A stretch of 64,000 bases of DNA, from assembly GCA_043812155.1 (NCBI GenBank), contig JBDRMK010000017.1, positions 146,509-210,508 of the forward strand, written 5' to 3'. Under the pieces are notes generated by a model. That model saw nothing but the letters and a program-made list of their open reading frames with translations. It was not told where the DNA came from and did no database searches. This DNA comes from Patescibacteria group bacterium (GTDB lineage: Bacteria > Patescibacteriota > Patescibacteriia > JAXHNJ01). Every line of letters starts with the position of its first letter. The stretch's first letter is position 1. The translations under genes and the position numbers were made by a program. Below are positions 1 to 9,601 of the stretch, in pieces.

Positions 1-34
1 CCCCGCCTCTTCCGACCCGGAGTTTTTAAAAGCG

Positions 35-676
35 GTGATTGAAATCGTTAAAGAAGCCAAGCCTTCGGAAATAATATTGGGTGATTCCTGCACTTTGCTG
101 TTAAAAACGGAAAAAGTCATGTCCTGTTTGAATTTCTCCGCTTTAGAAAAAGATTACGGGGTAAAATCCTTAAATTTCGATCAAGGAAAATATATCAAAA
201 AGAAAATAAATGGAAAATATTTAAAGTCAATCAGTATTCCAGCCGTCTTGGAAGAGGTGGATAAGTTGATCCTTCTTCCCTGTCTGAAAGTCCACCGTTT
301 CGCCCGCTTTACCATGTCCTTGAAATTAGGGGTCGGAATAATGAAAAAGATCGAGCGAACATTCCTGCATATGAGCCATCTGGAAGAAAAGATCGCGGAA
401 TTAAACTTAGCTTATACTCCTGACTTAATCATAATGGACGGCCGAAAAGCGTTTATAACGCGCGGGCCGGAAGCCGGGGATTTAGTGGAACCGAATATTC
501 TAATGGCCGGGACCGACCGGATCGCCATGGATGTGGAAGGTTTGAAGATTTTAAAAAGTTATCCGGCGGAAAATAAACTGAATCTTAACCCTTGGGAATT
601 TCCCACGATCAAGCGGGCTGTGGAACTGAATTTAGGCGCGAAAAATGAAAAAGAATATCAAATAATTAATTTATAA
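35..676 (+). CDS. DUF362 family protein (probably 5'-truncated by the window edge)
   Basis: GDS motif, LPCLKVH...TMSLKL.VG, PDLIIMDG and D.IAMD motifs typical of DUF362; frame is open back to the window start. Confidence 0.75.
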   Translation: MIEIVKEAKPSEIILGDSCTLLLKTEKVMSCLNFSALEKDYGVKSLNFDQGKYIKKKINGKYLKSISIPAVLEEVDKLILLPCLKVHRFARFTMSLKLGVGIMKKIERTFLHMSHLEEKIAELNLAYTPDLIIMDGRKAFITRGPEAGDLVEPNILMAGTDRIAMDVEGLKILKSYPAENKLNLNPWEFPTIKRAVELNLGAKNEKEYQIINL

Positions 677-690
677 TTAATAATAAAACT

Positions 691-927
691 ATGATCGGCA
701 GAAATTATCTCAAAACCATGACGCAATTGGCCACTACCGCTTTCGGCCTGGTCGCCGCTCTGGCCTGGAACAACGCCATTATCACTCTTTTTAAAAAGAT
801 CTTCGGGGAAGCGAGCAGTATTGTCTCGCTTTTTGTCTACGCCATTTTAGTGACCCTTATAGTGGTCCTGATTACCGCCAAACTTGGGAAGCTGGCGGAA
901 AAAGCGGGTCTGAAAGACGAGGAATAA
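691..927 (+). CDS. Small two-TM membrane protein (DUF5654-like)
   Basis: L.TTAFGLVAALAWN.AI signature; two hydrophobic helices. Confidence 0.7.
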   Translation: MIGRNYLKTMTQLATTAFGLVAALAWNNAIITLFKKIFGEASSIVSLFVYAILVTLIVVLITAKLGKLAEKAGLKDEE

Positions 928-1023
928 TTTTTATAATTTTTTCGCGCAAATAGATTTTTATTGTTAATAACAATAAATTGGTTTTTTGTTTTGATCGGCG
1001 GTATAATATTAAATGAATGCCAT

Positions 1024-3552
1024 ATGAACTATTCGTCTTATACCCTAAAAAACAAAGAGGAGATCGCCCGGGAATTTTCCACCTCCTTAGATAACGGCCT
1101 TTTTTCCTCGGAAAGCGAAATCCGGCTGAAAAAATTCGGGCCCAACGAATTAAAAGGCAAGGAGACCACCCCCTGGCTGATCTTGAAACGCCAGTTTTCC
1201 TCGCCTTTTATCTACCTGCTGATCGGCGCGGCCATTTTGGCTTTCGCCTTGAAAGAAATAATAGACGGCGGCATGATCATCGTCTTTGTCCTGATCAACG
1301 CCTTTTTGGGTTTTTACCAGGAATACCGGTCGGAACACGCCCTGAAAATGCTGAGCCGCTTTGTCAGTCCCCAGGCCCGCGTCCGAAGAAACGGAGCGGA
1401 AAAAATGATCCCGACCAAAGACCTGGTGCCGGGCGATTTAGTTATAGTTGAGCCAGGCGATATTCTGCCGGCCGATCTGAGATTCGTCAAGGAATATGAT
1501 CTGACAATTGACGAATCGGTCTTGACCGGCGAATCTATTTCCGTGAAGAAAATCGGCGAAAGCCTGAAAAAAGAGGCCAAAGAAATTTTTGAAAGCAAGA
1601 ACCTGGGTTTTTCCGGCACGACCGTGGTCTCGGGCAAAGGCGAAGGTATTATCCTTGCCACCGGTAAAAAAACAGAGATCGGCCGGATCGCGAAAATGAC
1701 GGCGGAAACCGAGCATACCGGCACTTTTGAAAAAAGCCTGGGAAAATTCAGCAAATTCATCTTGCGCCTCATTTCCCTGACCCTGATCTTTGTTTTTGCC
1801 GCTAATATCTTTATAAAAGGCTTCCAAAATAATATTATTGAACTAATAATTTTCACCATTGCTCTGGCTATCAGCGTCATCCCCGAAGCCCTGCCCGTGG
1901 TCGTCACTTTCTCCCTTTCCCGCGGCGCCTTGCGCCTCGCCAAAAACAAAGTCGTCGTAAAAAGATTGGCCGCCATTGAAGACCTGGGCAGCATTGAGGT
2001 TCTCTGCACCGATAAAACCGGCACCATTACCGAGAATGTCCTGACCGTCGCCGGCCAATTGGCTCTCGGAAAAGAACCCCTTATGAAATATGCCTGCCTG
2101 GCTTCGCCTTTTCTTAAAGAGAAAAAAATAGAAGCGAATAATTCCTTTGACCTGGCTTTATGCCGCCGTCTTTCAGACGAGGAAAAAAGGGAAATTTCCG
2201 CTTATAAAATCCAGTCGGAAATCCCCTTTGATCCGGAGCGCCGGCGCAACACAGTGGTCATAAAAAATGGCCGCGAGCCGCTGCTTATCAGCCGCGGCGC
2301 CACGGAAAATATTCTCGGTCTCTGCCCAAAAATTAATCCGGCCGAAAAGGAAAAAATCAGCCGCTGGCTGACCGAAGAAGGGGAAAAAGGCCGGCGGATC
2401 ATCGCCGTGGCTTATAAAAAAATAACGGGGAAAAAACCGGACATTGAAAAAGAAGAGAATAATTTACATCTGGTGGGCCTCATCTCTTTTACCGATCCTC
2501 TGAAAAAATCCTCAAAAGACGCGATCGAGCGGGCGGAAAAATTGGGGGTCAAGATAAAAATTTTGACCGGCGACTCAAAAGAAGTCTCTTTGGCCGTGGC
2601 CAAGGAAATCGGCCTGGCCGACGAGAAGCACGGGGTCATCACCGGCGAAGAATTTGAAAGTTTGTCTTTGGAAAAACAGGGGGAAGCGGCCCGGGAACAC
2701 GCGGTTTTTGCCCGGGTTTCGCCGGCCCAGAAATTCCTGATCATTGAAGTGCTTAAACAAAAATACGAAGTCGGTTTCTTAGGGGAAGGGATAAACGACG
2801 CCCCGGCCTTGAAGATCGCCAATGTCGGGCTGGCCGTGGACAAGGCTTCTGACATCGCACGCGAAACGGCCGACATTGTTCTCCTGAATAAAAGCCTTTC
2901 CGTGATTATTGACGGAATTGCCGAAGGCCGACAGGTCTTTGCTAATACCCTAAAATACATCAAAGCGACCCTGACCTCCAATTTCGGCAATTTTTTCGCC
3001 GTGGCCATCGCTTCCCTGCTCATTGACTACCTGCCGATGCTCCCTTTGCAGATCCTGCTTTTAAACCTCCTTTCGGATTTTCCCATGATCGCCATTGCCG
3101 CTGATAATGTAGACCTTGAAGAATTAAAAAGGCCAAAGCATTACCAGGTCAGGGATATCGCTTTGATGGCGATCACCTTAGGCGTGATCAGCACTATCTT
3201 TGATTTTATTTTCTTCGCCCTGTTTTACCGCATCTCCCCAGGCGTTCTGCAGACCAACTGGTTCATCGCCAGCGTTTTCACAGAACTGGTCCTGATCTTT
3301 TCCATCCGGACCAGAAAACCTTTCTGGCGGGCCAGAAAACCGGCCGCGATCCTGCTCTGGCTTTCGCTGGCCGCTATCGCCATAAATTTGATCATTCCTT
3401 TCACCGGTTTCGGCCGGGAGCTCTTCCAGTTCGTCAAACCCTCTCCGGGCCATTTGCTGACCATCGGCTTCGTCGTCCTGCTCTATTTCATCTGCACGGA
3501 ATCCGGCAAACTCCTCTATTACCGTTTTGTGAAAAATAACGAAGATAAATAG
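1024..3552 (+). CDS. mgtA: P-type cation-transporting ATPase (Mg2+-importing MgtA-like)
   Basis: TGES, IPEALP, DKTGT, TGD and GEGINDAP motifs; SNFGN and DNVD segments of MgtA; likely start ATG at 1024. Confidence 0.8.
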   Translation: MNYSSYTLKNKEEIAREFSTSLDNGLFSSESEIRLKKFGPNELKGKETTPWLILKRQFSSPFIYLLIGAAILAFALKEIIDGGMIIVFVLINAFLGFYQEYRSEHALKMLSRFVSPQARVRRNGAEKMIPTKDLVPGDLVIVEPGDILPADLRFVKEYDLTIDESVLTGESISVKKIGESLKKEAKEIFESKNLGFSGTTVVSGKGEGIILATGKKTEIGRIAKMTAETEHTGTFEKSLGKFSKFILRLISLTLIFVFAANIFIKGFQNNIIELIIFTIALAISVIPEALPVVVTFSLSRGALRLAKNKVVVKRLAAIEDLGSIEVLCTDKTGTITENVLTVAGQLALGKEPLMKYACLASPFLKEKKIEANNSFDLALCRRLSDEEKREISAYKIQSEIPFDPERRRNTVVIKNGREPLLISRGATENILGLCPKINPAEKEKISRWLTEEGEKGRRIIAVAYKKITGKKPDIEKEENNLHLVGLISFTDPLKKSSKDAIERAEKLGVKIKILTGDSKEVSLAVAKEIGLADEKHGVITGEEFESLSLEKQGEAAREHAVFARVSPAQKFLIIEVLKQKYEVGFLGEGINDAPALKIANVGLAVDKASDIARETADIVLLNKSLSVIIDGIAEGRQVFANTLKYIKATLTSNFGNFFAVAIASLLIDYLPMLPLQILLLNLLSDFPMIAIAADNVDLEELKRPKHYQVRDIALMAITLGVISTIFDFIFFALFYRISPGVLQTNWFIASVFTELVLIFSIRTRKPFWRARKPAAILLWLSLAAIAINLIIPFTGFGRELFQFVKPSPGHLLTIGFVVLLYFICTESGKLLYYRFVKNNEDK

Positions 3553-3656
3553 TTTAATAAAAATTATATATAACAAAAACCCCTCTTTTTAAAGGAGGGA
3601 TCTTTGTTTTATTTGGACTGTGATTTACGACGTATCTTTCAAAAAGATAAAATCTT

Positions 3657-3848
3657 TTAGAAATCTCGGCGTCTTCCACCACCGCCACCAGTACGGTTGT
3701 TCCGTCTCTGGCGATGGCAATCACGGCAGTAAACAGGGCGGGTGCCATCAGGTTCGAAGGGTAGTTCCGTGATTTGAGCGCCGCATCCAGCGCATGTCCA
3801 ATTGCCTTGGTACATTTTTCTCTGACCAAAGCCTTGGGAATCATCCAT
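3657..3848 (-). CDS. CxxC-x17-CxxC zinc-ribbon protein
   Basis: CAGC..ITELPFEPDGTRPVYCRDC followed by a Gly/Arg tail. Confidence 0.85.
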   Translation of the reverse strand: MDDSQGFGQRKMYQGNWTCAGCGAQITELPFEPDGTRPVYCRDCHRQRRNNRTGGGGGRRRDF

Positions 3849-3999
3849 TGTAATGACCTTTTGTATGCTGCTCGCCTTTATCCTTGCGGATTTAAACTAG
3901 CAGAATACCTTACTTATTAATGCTTGAAGTGTAGCATAACCAAAGATTATGTCAAGGCCTGTTCTACAAAGGCCATAATCAAGTTATTTTATAAAAAAT

Positions 4000-4027
4000 A
4001 GGGGCAAGACTCGAAAGTCTTGCCCCT
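4000..4027 (-). terminator. Intrinsic terminator of the LysM gene
   Basis: aggggcaagact-cgaa-agtcttgcccct perfect stem, followed by a T-run on the minus strand. Confidence 0.75.
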
Positions 4028-4067
4028 GCGAAAGTTAAAATGTGCATCCAAACTAGGCGCTTGGATT

Positions 4068-5337
4068 CTAGCAGTCGCCGGGCTTCTCCTCGGCCGGTCC
4101 CTCGACGAGAATGCCGAACACGGTCTTCTTGTCTCCTGTCCGGAAAATGATCTGTACGTCGTCGACGCACAGATACACACCCGGAATGGGACGAACATCG
4201 ACGATCACGTCGTCCCCGCCGCCGAGCTTACGGAGAACTATTCGCCCTATATCCGTGATGGTCGCTCGGACGAACTTCGGAATGTCATCCGACTTCGCCG
4301 CGGGCTCGGTCACTGCCGATTCGGGCTTTGACGATTCCGGCGCGGGCGTCTCGGTGACGACCGGCCAGACCTGTCGGGGCGTCTCCGGCGTGAAGGACGG
4401 CGTGCCGTCCTGACGCGGCCGGATCTGTGTCTCCGGCAGAGGCGAGTAGCCCTCTCCCCGACGAACATCGTTACCGCAGAGCATCAGCGTGATGCGGAAC
4501 GTTCCGTCGGAAAGGAAGCATTGCCAGGCCGGTGTCCATTTGGGAAGATCCTTGAATGCCGGTTTGTCTTTGAACTCAACGCGCATCTTCCCGCGGACAT
4601 CCACGGGAACGATGCGTTCGATGGCCACGGCGGGAAGCTTCTCGCTCTCCCCAACGGTCATGCCACGACGTTCGTCCCGGTACTGCTCGGTGAAGTGCTT
4701 GACGGCCGACTCAATTGTCGGTAAACCCCCTTCCACTACCGCCGGACCGGAGTAGGGATTCTCACGTTCCCGTCGCTGTTCCGTCGCCTTGTGAACTTCG
4801 CGTTCGTTCTCGCGGCGTGAACGTTCCCTCTCGAGATCATCCTCAGCTCGCTTTTCTCCCCGCCGCACTATTGCCAGCATAATAATTAGGATAATCACGG
4901 CGGCAAGCAGGAAGACGATACCGAATATCCAACCCACTGGCAAGCCGGAAGATTTCTCTTTGCTCACCACAAAGGGTATCACGGGTACCGTCTTTACGGG
5001 CTGAGGGTCGCCGGTGCGGTCCACTTCCGCGATGATGCGGAATAACTTTACCAGCGAAGCGGGTACGTTGAGCTCATCGCCCGGTTTGATCACATCCGGA
5101 TCCGCTAACTGCGGATTGGCTGCGACCAGTTCGAGCCAGAGCTGCGGCGACCCAAAGGCCACCTGCCACTGACCCACGCGATCCTCGGTCGAAACGATGT
5201 AACCCGTAGGTGCTGTCGGCCCGCTGATAAAGCATCCCGAAAGGACGCTCGACCCACGGATCGGCCTGCACCGGGGCACCGCTGACCAGGAACAGCGTCG
5301 CCAGCAACAGCATGACACTGATGCACCGCTGTACCAT
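4068..5337 (-). pseudogene. Frameshifted LysM-domain single-pass membrane protein
   Basis: AGGAGG + ATG(5337) + signal peptide MVQRCISVMLLLATLFLVSGAPVQA lie in one frame; LysM (ANPQLADPDVIKPGDELNVP), TM helix and C-terminus lie in another; the frames join near 5200. Confidence 0.6.
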
Positions 5338-5593
5338 GTTGGTACCTCCTCGGTTAAAAACCTTTGGCCGCTGCGACACCATGCCGCAGCCGCCTGGAGG
5401 AAATTTTCCTTTTTCAAGGTACGTTCCTCCCCGGAAAGCTTATCTTATATAAGATCTCTAGGGAAGACTGAAAGCCAATGTTTCAGACCATCCAAATAAT
5501 GGAGTAGATACCTTGTCTTGTTAAAGTTACAAAGAACCTACCACCCTATCACAAATTTGAGAATTTGTCAATACCTGCTATAATCTATTCATT

Positions 5594-6574
5594 ATGAATA
5601 AAAAGATCGCCATTTTCGCCGCCATCGCCATTATGTTTGCCGCTTTCTTGTGGGCCTTTGACGGCGTGGTCCTGACCCCTTGGGTTTTGGACTTAGGGCT
5701 TTACGATGTCCCGGTCTTTGTTTTTATGCTGCACGCGGTGGGAGCGGTTTTTTTAGTTTATTTTCTTATTACCAGAAAACACGAGTTTAAAAATTTAAAC
5801 AAAAATGACTGGCTGGCTTTTTTGCTGGTCGGGATTTTCGGCGGAGCAATCGGAACCATGGCGATAATCGGCGCTATTTCCCGCGTCCATGCCAGCCATC
5901 TTAATATTTCCGTAGTTTTAATCCTGCAAAAACTCCAGCCGATCTTTGCTATCTTGCTCGCCTATGCCTGGCTGCGCGAAAGGCCGAAAAAAATCTTTTA
6001 TTTTTGGGCTTTGATGGCTTTAATCGGCAGCTATTTTCTGACTTTCGGTTTTACTAAAGCCAACTTGTCCGCCAATGGCATGTTAATCCCGGCTCTGCTG
6101 GCCCTGCTGGCCGCTTTTTCCTTCGGTTCGTCCACAGTTTTTTCCAAAAAAGCGGTGACGAAAATCAGCCATGGCTTGGGCACAGCTTTAAGATTCTATA
6201 TTACGACCGGCGTGATGCTGCTGATTATTTCCTTTGTTTCTATTCTTAACGCCGGCGGAGTTAATACCAGCTACGCCGGCTTTGCCGGTTTTTCTGTTAT
6301 AAACTGGCCGCTGATCGGCGCCTTTACCGTCATCGCCCTGACTACCGGCGCTACGGCCATTTTTATCTATTACTGGGGTTTGAAAAGAGTGCTCGCCTCC
6401 CGTTCCACTATCTATGAACTGATGTTTCCAATTTCTTCCATTATCCTGGAATATCTTATCCACAAAAAAATTCTGGACTTGGGCCAATGGTTCGGCGCCA
6501 TCATAATAACCGCGGCTATTATTTCCATTGTCCGGCTGAAAAGTAACGAGAATAAAATAGAAACAACGAATTAA
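5594..6574 (+). CDS. EamA/DMT family transporter
   Basis: About 10 TM helices in two EamA repeats; LQKLQPIFAILLA.WLRE motif. Confidence 0.85.
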   Translation: MNKKIAIFAAIAIMFAAFLWAFDGVVLTPWVLDLGLYDVPVFVFMLHAVGAVFLVYFLITRKHEFKNLNKNDWLAFLLVGIFGGAIGTMAIIGAISRVHASHLNISVVLILQKLQPIFAILLAYAWLRERPKKIFYFWALMALIGSYFLTFGFTKANLSANGMLIPALLALLAAFSFGSSTVFSKKAVTKISHGLGTALRFYITTGVMLLIISFVSILNAGGVNTSYAGFAGFSVINWPLIGAFTVIALTTGATAIFIYYWGLKRVLASRSTIYELMFPISSIILEYLIHKKILDLGQWFGAIIITAAIISIVRLKSNENKIETTN

Positions 6575-6693
6575 TTCGGTATAAAACAAAACGGGTCATG
6601 CCCGTTTTTTTATTACTTGACAATAAATTAAATCGGAGTAAATTATAAATACCTTTGACAGTCCATTTGGCTTCTTTTTAAGGAGGGGAACCG

Positions 6694-7362
6694 ATGTACA
6701 AAACAAATTCCGGTCAGCTGCTGCGAGTAGTCGTCTTTTTTTCCGGCGGGGCTAGCTCACTAAAGTACCTGCTGGCGCGTGATCCAAATTTAGGCAAAAA
6801 GTATCAGATCGTCGGTGCCTTCACCAACAAAGAAAACACGGTGGGGGCAAAAATCACTTATCAATGGGGTATTCCTATAATCTGTCTGGGCTATCGCCAA
6901 TGGTGTCGCAAAGAAAACCGGAACCACAAGGATGAGGGGGCGAGAAAGGATTATTTCGCCGAAGTCTGCCGGCTGATCAAAAACTTTGAGACGGATATCA
7001 TCCTCCTTTCCGGCTTCATGATGATCATCACCGATCCGCTCCTCTCTGAGTATCGCAGTCGAATCCTGAACGTTCATCCCGCCAACACCACGATAAAAGG
7101 CGAAAACGGAAAGACCAAATATGCCGGCGACAACGCCGTGGAGGATGCCATCAAAGCCGGCGAGAAATCTACTTGCTCTACCGTGCACGTCATCACCGAG
7201 GAAGTGGATAATGGTCCCGTAGTCGCCCTTTCCGAAAGCTGGCCTGTCATCCCGGGAATTGACCCGGCCGCTCATCAGGGAGAGATGAAGTGGGTCTGCG
7301 ACGGACCGGCCTATGTCGCGGCTTTGGAGCGGATATCTTCCGGCGAATTTCCGCTGGACTGA
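6694..7362 (+). CDS. purN: PurN-like formyltransferase (phosphoribosylglycinamide formyltransferase family)
   Basis: FFSGGAS, LSGFM, LNVHPA and STVH...VDNGP catalytic motifs; AGGAGG RBS. Confidence 0.75.
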   Translation: MYKTNSGQLLRVVVFFSGGASSLKYLLARDPNLGKKYQIVGAFTNKENTVGAKITYQWGIPIICLGYRQWCRKENRNHKDEGARKDYFAEVCRLIKNFETDIILLSGFMMIITDPLLSEYRSRILNVHPANTTIKGENGKTKYAGDNAVEDAIKAGEKSTCSTVHVITEEVDNGPVVALSESWPVIPGIDPAAHQGEMKWVCDGPAYVAALERISSGEFPLD

Positions 7363-7436
7363 TCGATTACAGTTCATTAGAGACAATAAAAGCCGTTACT
7401 GCTACAACAGAGTGACGGCCTTTTTTATGGTAAAAA

Positions 7437-7634
7437 TTATTTCTTCTTTTTCGTCTTTTCCTCTTTTAAACCCAGCGTTTCATCCTCATCTTGCTTTCCG
7501 CCAAAGGCGGATCCGCCTCGGGCGGACTTTTTGACGAAAAGCGTGGCCACGGCCGTGGCGATAGCGGTCAGAAAAGCCAGGATAAAGAACTTCTTGGCTT
7601 TGCCGCCTTTTTTTTCTTCATGTATTTCTTTCAT
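7437..7634 (-). CDS. Small membrane-anchored protein carrying an in-frame 30-nt palindromic insertion
   Basis: One TM helix; SARGGSAFGG is encoded by the repeat at 7497-7526. Confidence 0.55.
   Translation of the reverse strand: MKEIHEEKKGGKAKKFFILAFLTAIATAVATLFVKKSARGGSAFGGKQDEDETLGLKEEKTKKKK
7497..7526. repeat. 30-nt double-hairpin palindromic element
   Basis: tccgcc-aaa-ggcgga + tccgcc-tcg-ggcgga; related copies at 18726-18755 and 43946-44008. Confidence 0.85.
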
Positions 7635-7749
7635 ATTTTCATTATAGCCTAAAAATCAAATTGACAAAAGAGCGGAAAAAGACTATTTTTTAATTAGAAA
7701 TAATTGAAATCAAAGCGGCTCATTAACTACTAAATTCTAGGGGGTAATC

Positions 7750-8094
7750 GTGCTCAAAATCGCCATGGTCTGTGAAAAAAATCCAGAAGCCAGAAAGAGG
7801 CTGGCTCAACTCCTCGAAAAACATCACTACCTGATCCTTGAATGTCCTGATCACCAGACCGGCCTTTGCGGCCTGACCTTAGCCCCTGACCTTATCATCA
7901 TGCACCTTGAGCCGGAAGATCTCATTCCTTGCTCGCTCGTTGACCGCTTAAGGGAATTGCTCTGTGTTTTAGGAGAATCCCGGCGAATTTTTGCCAGTTT
8001 CCAGCCTGAAAGCTGCTGGCAAAAGATCCGCGCCCTGGCTCTACCCTGCGACGGGATGATTTGTCTTTCGGATATCATTGCCGAGGCCGCTTAA
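7750..8094 (+). CDS. Degenerate receiver (CheY-like) domain protein
   Basis: beta1-alpha1 pattern (IAMVCEKNPEARKRLAQLLEKHHYLI) and PDLIIM; canonical phospho-Asp absent; GTG start. Confidence 0.45.
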   Translation: MLKIAMVCEKNPEARKRLAQLLEKHHYLILECPDHQTGLCGLTLAPDLIIMHLEPEDLIPCSLVDRLRELLCVLGESRRIFASFQPESCWQKIRALALPCDGMICLSDIIAEAA

Positions 8095-8176
8095 GCCTCC
8101 CCTCCTTCCGTTCCTCCCCGCGCCAATTTGTCCGGCTCGGGGAGTTTTTTTTATTGTTAAAATATAACAGAACATC

Positions 8177-8338
8177 AGCGCGGGCCTGGCCTTCGGCCTC
8201 AAGCTCAGGCTCGAAGAGGGCCCGCGCTTCTCGAATAATTATGGGCCAATATAAATTGGAGAAGGGCGGGTCCCCAGACCCGCCCGTATAATTTAATTCT
8301 TCAACACGATTAGGGCGGATTCTGAATCCGCCCTTCTC
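8177..8338. repeat. Cluster of three REP-like palindromes with a GAGAAG foot
   Basis: agcgcgggcc..ggcccgcgcttctc; gagaagggcgggtc..gacccgccc; agggcggattctgaatccgcccttctc. Confidence 0.75.
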
Positions 8339-8443
8339 GGATAATGCAAATAATACAAAAAAAATCCCCCGGCTGTACGGAAACCGGGGGTCTGAAATAA
8401 ATTTTCAATCGACACGACTTATGTCTTTAAAGAGCATCCGCCC

Positions 8444-8923
8444 TTAGACTATGATCGTGCCGCGAACGATCACCGCTTTGACCACAGAGGATTTCCCCCA
8501 AGGCAGATTTGCTTCTCCCGCGTCCGTGCTCGAACCGCTTCGCATTTCTTCGCGAATCAGGTTCCTGGCGTAGAGTGCCGGCGTGATGGAGGAATTGATA
8601 TTCTGAACGGCGACGTCATTTCCGATAATCACAGGGTTGCGCCCCCATATGGCTCCGACCACATTCACGACGGCGTGCTTCTCGGTATTCGTCGGCGAGA
8701 AGACGGAGGACGACGTCCTGATAGCGATGGTGTTTCCTTCGGCGATGGTGAGGTTGACCGGCATCTCGGCCGCGACGGCGATCTTACCTTCGCTGCCGTC
8801 ATTGACCGCGAGAATGCCGATCGTGGCGAAATTCGGCTCGGCGCATGACATTGCGTACGAGCACGAAGACATGAGCGCCATTGTAATGACAATGACGAAT
8901 AGGGGAAGTTTGAGTCGATTCAT
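8444..8923 (-). CDS. Hypothetical secreted protein
   Basis: N-terminal signal peptide, AAGGAG RBS, own promoter and terminator; GC-rich. Confidence 0.6.
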   Translation of the reverse strand: MNRLKLPLFVIVITMALMSSCSYAMSCAEPNFATIGILAVNDGSEGKIAVAAEMPVNLTIAEGNTIAIRTSSSVFSPTNTEKHAVVNVVGAIWGRNPVIIGNDVAVQNINSSITPALYARNLIREEMRSGSSTDAGEANLPWGKSSVVKAVIVRGTIIV

Positions 8924-9120
8924 AGAATGACTCTCCTTTCTCCTTTGCTAAAAGCCAAGAAGGCAAAACTCTTATGAGCTGCCGAGGCTAAAGATGTGAC
9001 CTATAACCACCAGAAAACCGGATTAACCTCCTTAAGGTATCAGTTTTCTGGACCTTTAATGAGCGAGAATTGCTAATATTATAGCAAAAATATATTTGAA
9101 TGGTCAAACAAGCATGCATT

Positions 9121-9500
9121 TAAATCCCAAATCACAAATAACAAATCTCAAATAATATTCAAATTCCAATGACCAAAATTCTAAATTCAAAAACAGAACC
9201 AGTAAAAAATTAGCAATTACTCCAAGCTCTCAGTATACGTGGGGGGTCTCCACCTTCGCTCTTCACTTTGTTCAGAGCTTCGGCGGACAGGCGGGGGCAA
9301 AATGCTTTGCTACTTTTGCCTGCCCGCCTCTGGCAGGGTTACAAAAGTAGAAACATATTGGCACAGACAAAAAATATAACGGGAGATAATCAAAAAAGAC
9401 TGTCTACCCTTCGAGACTCAGGCTTCGTCCTCGCACCTCAGGGTGACAGTTTTATTATTTTAGTTCTTGGAGCCTGCCCTGAGCGGCGTCGAAGGGCTGC
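9121..9500. repeat. Intergenic repeat patch: heptamer (AAATNNC-like) array plus several palindromic elements
   Basis: aaatccc/aaatcac/aaataac/aaatctc array at 9122-9190; ccaccttcgctc..gagcttcggcggacagg; cccttcga..ctcaggg; ccctgagcggcgtcgaaggg. Confidence 0.65.
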
Positions 9501-9601
9501 CAGAAAGAACAAATATACAGAGTAATAATATAATAACTCACCCTTGCCAAGCCCCAAAAAATCCCCTAGAATAAGGAAGTTAATCAATAACAACTTACGA
9601 T

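Noticed and set aside
1150-3576. Many antisense or alternative-frame ORFs over long genes (also over ppdK, rny, infB, nusA, hppA, tig)
   Set aside because: Shadow ORFs of well-supported genes, with no motifs or start signals.
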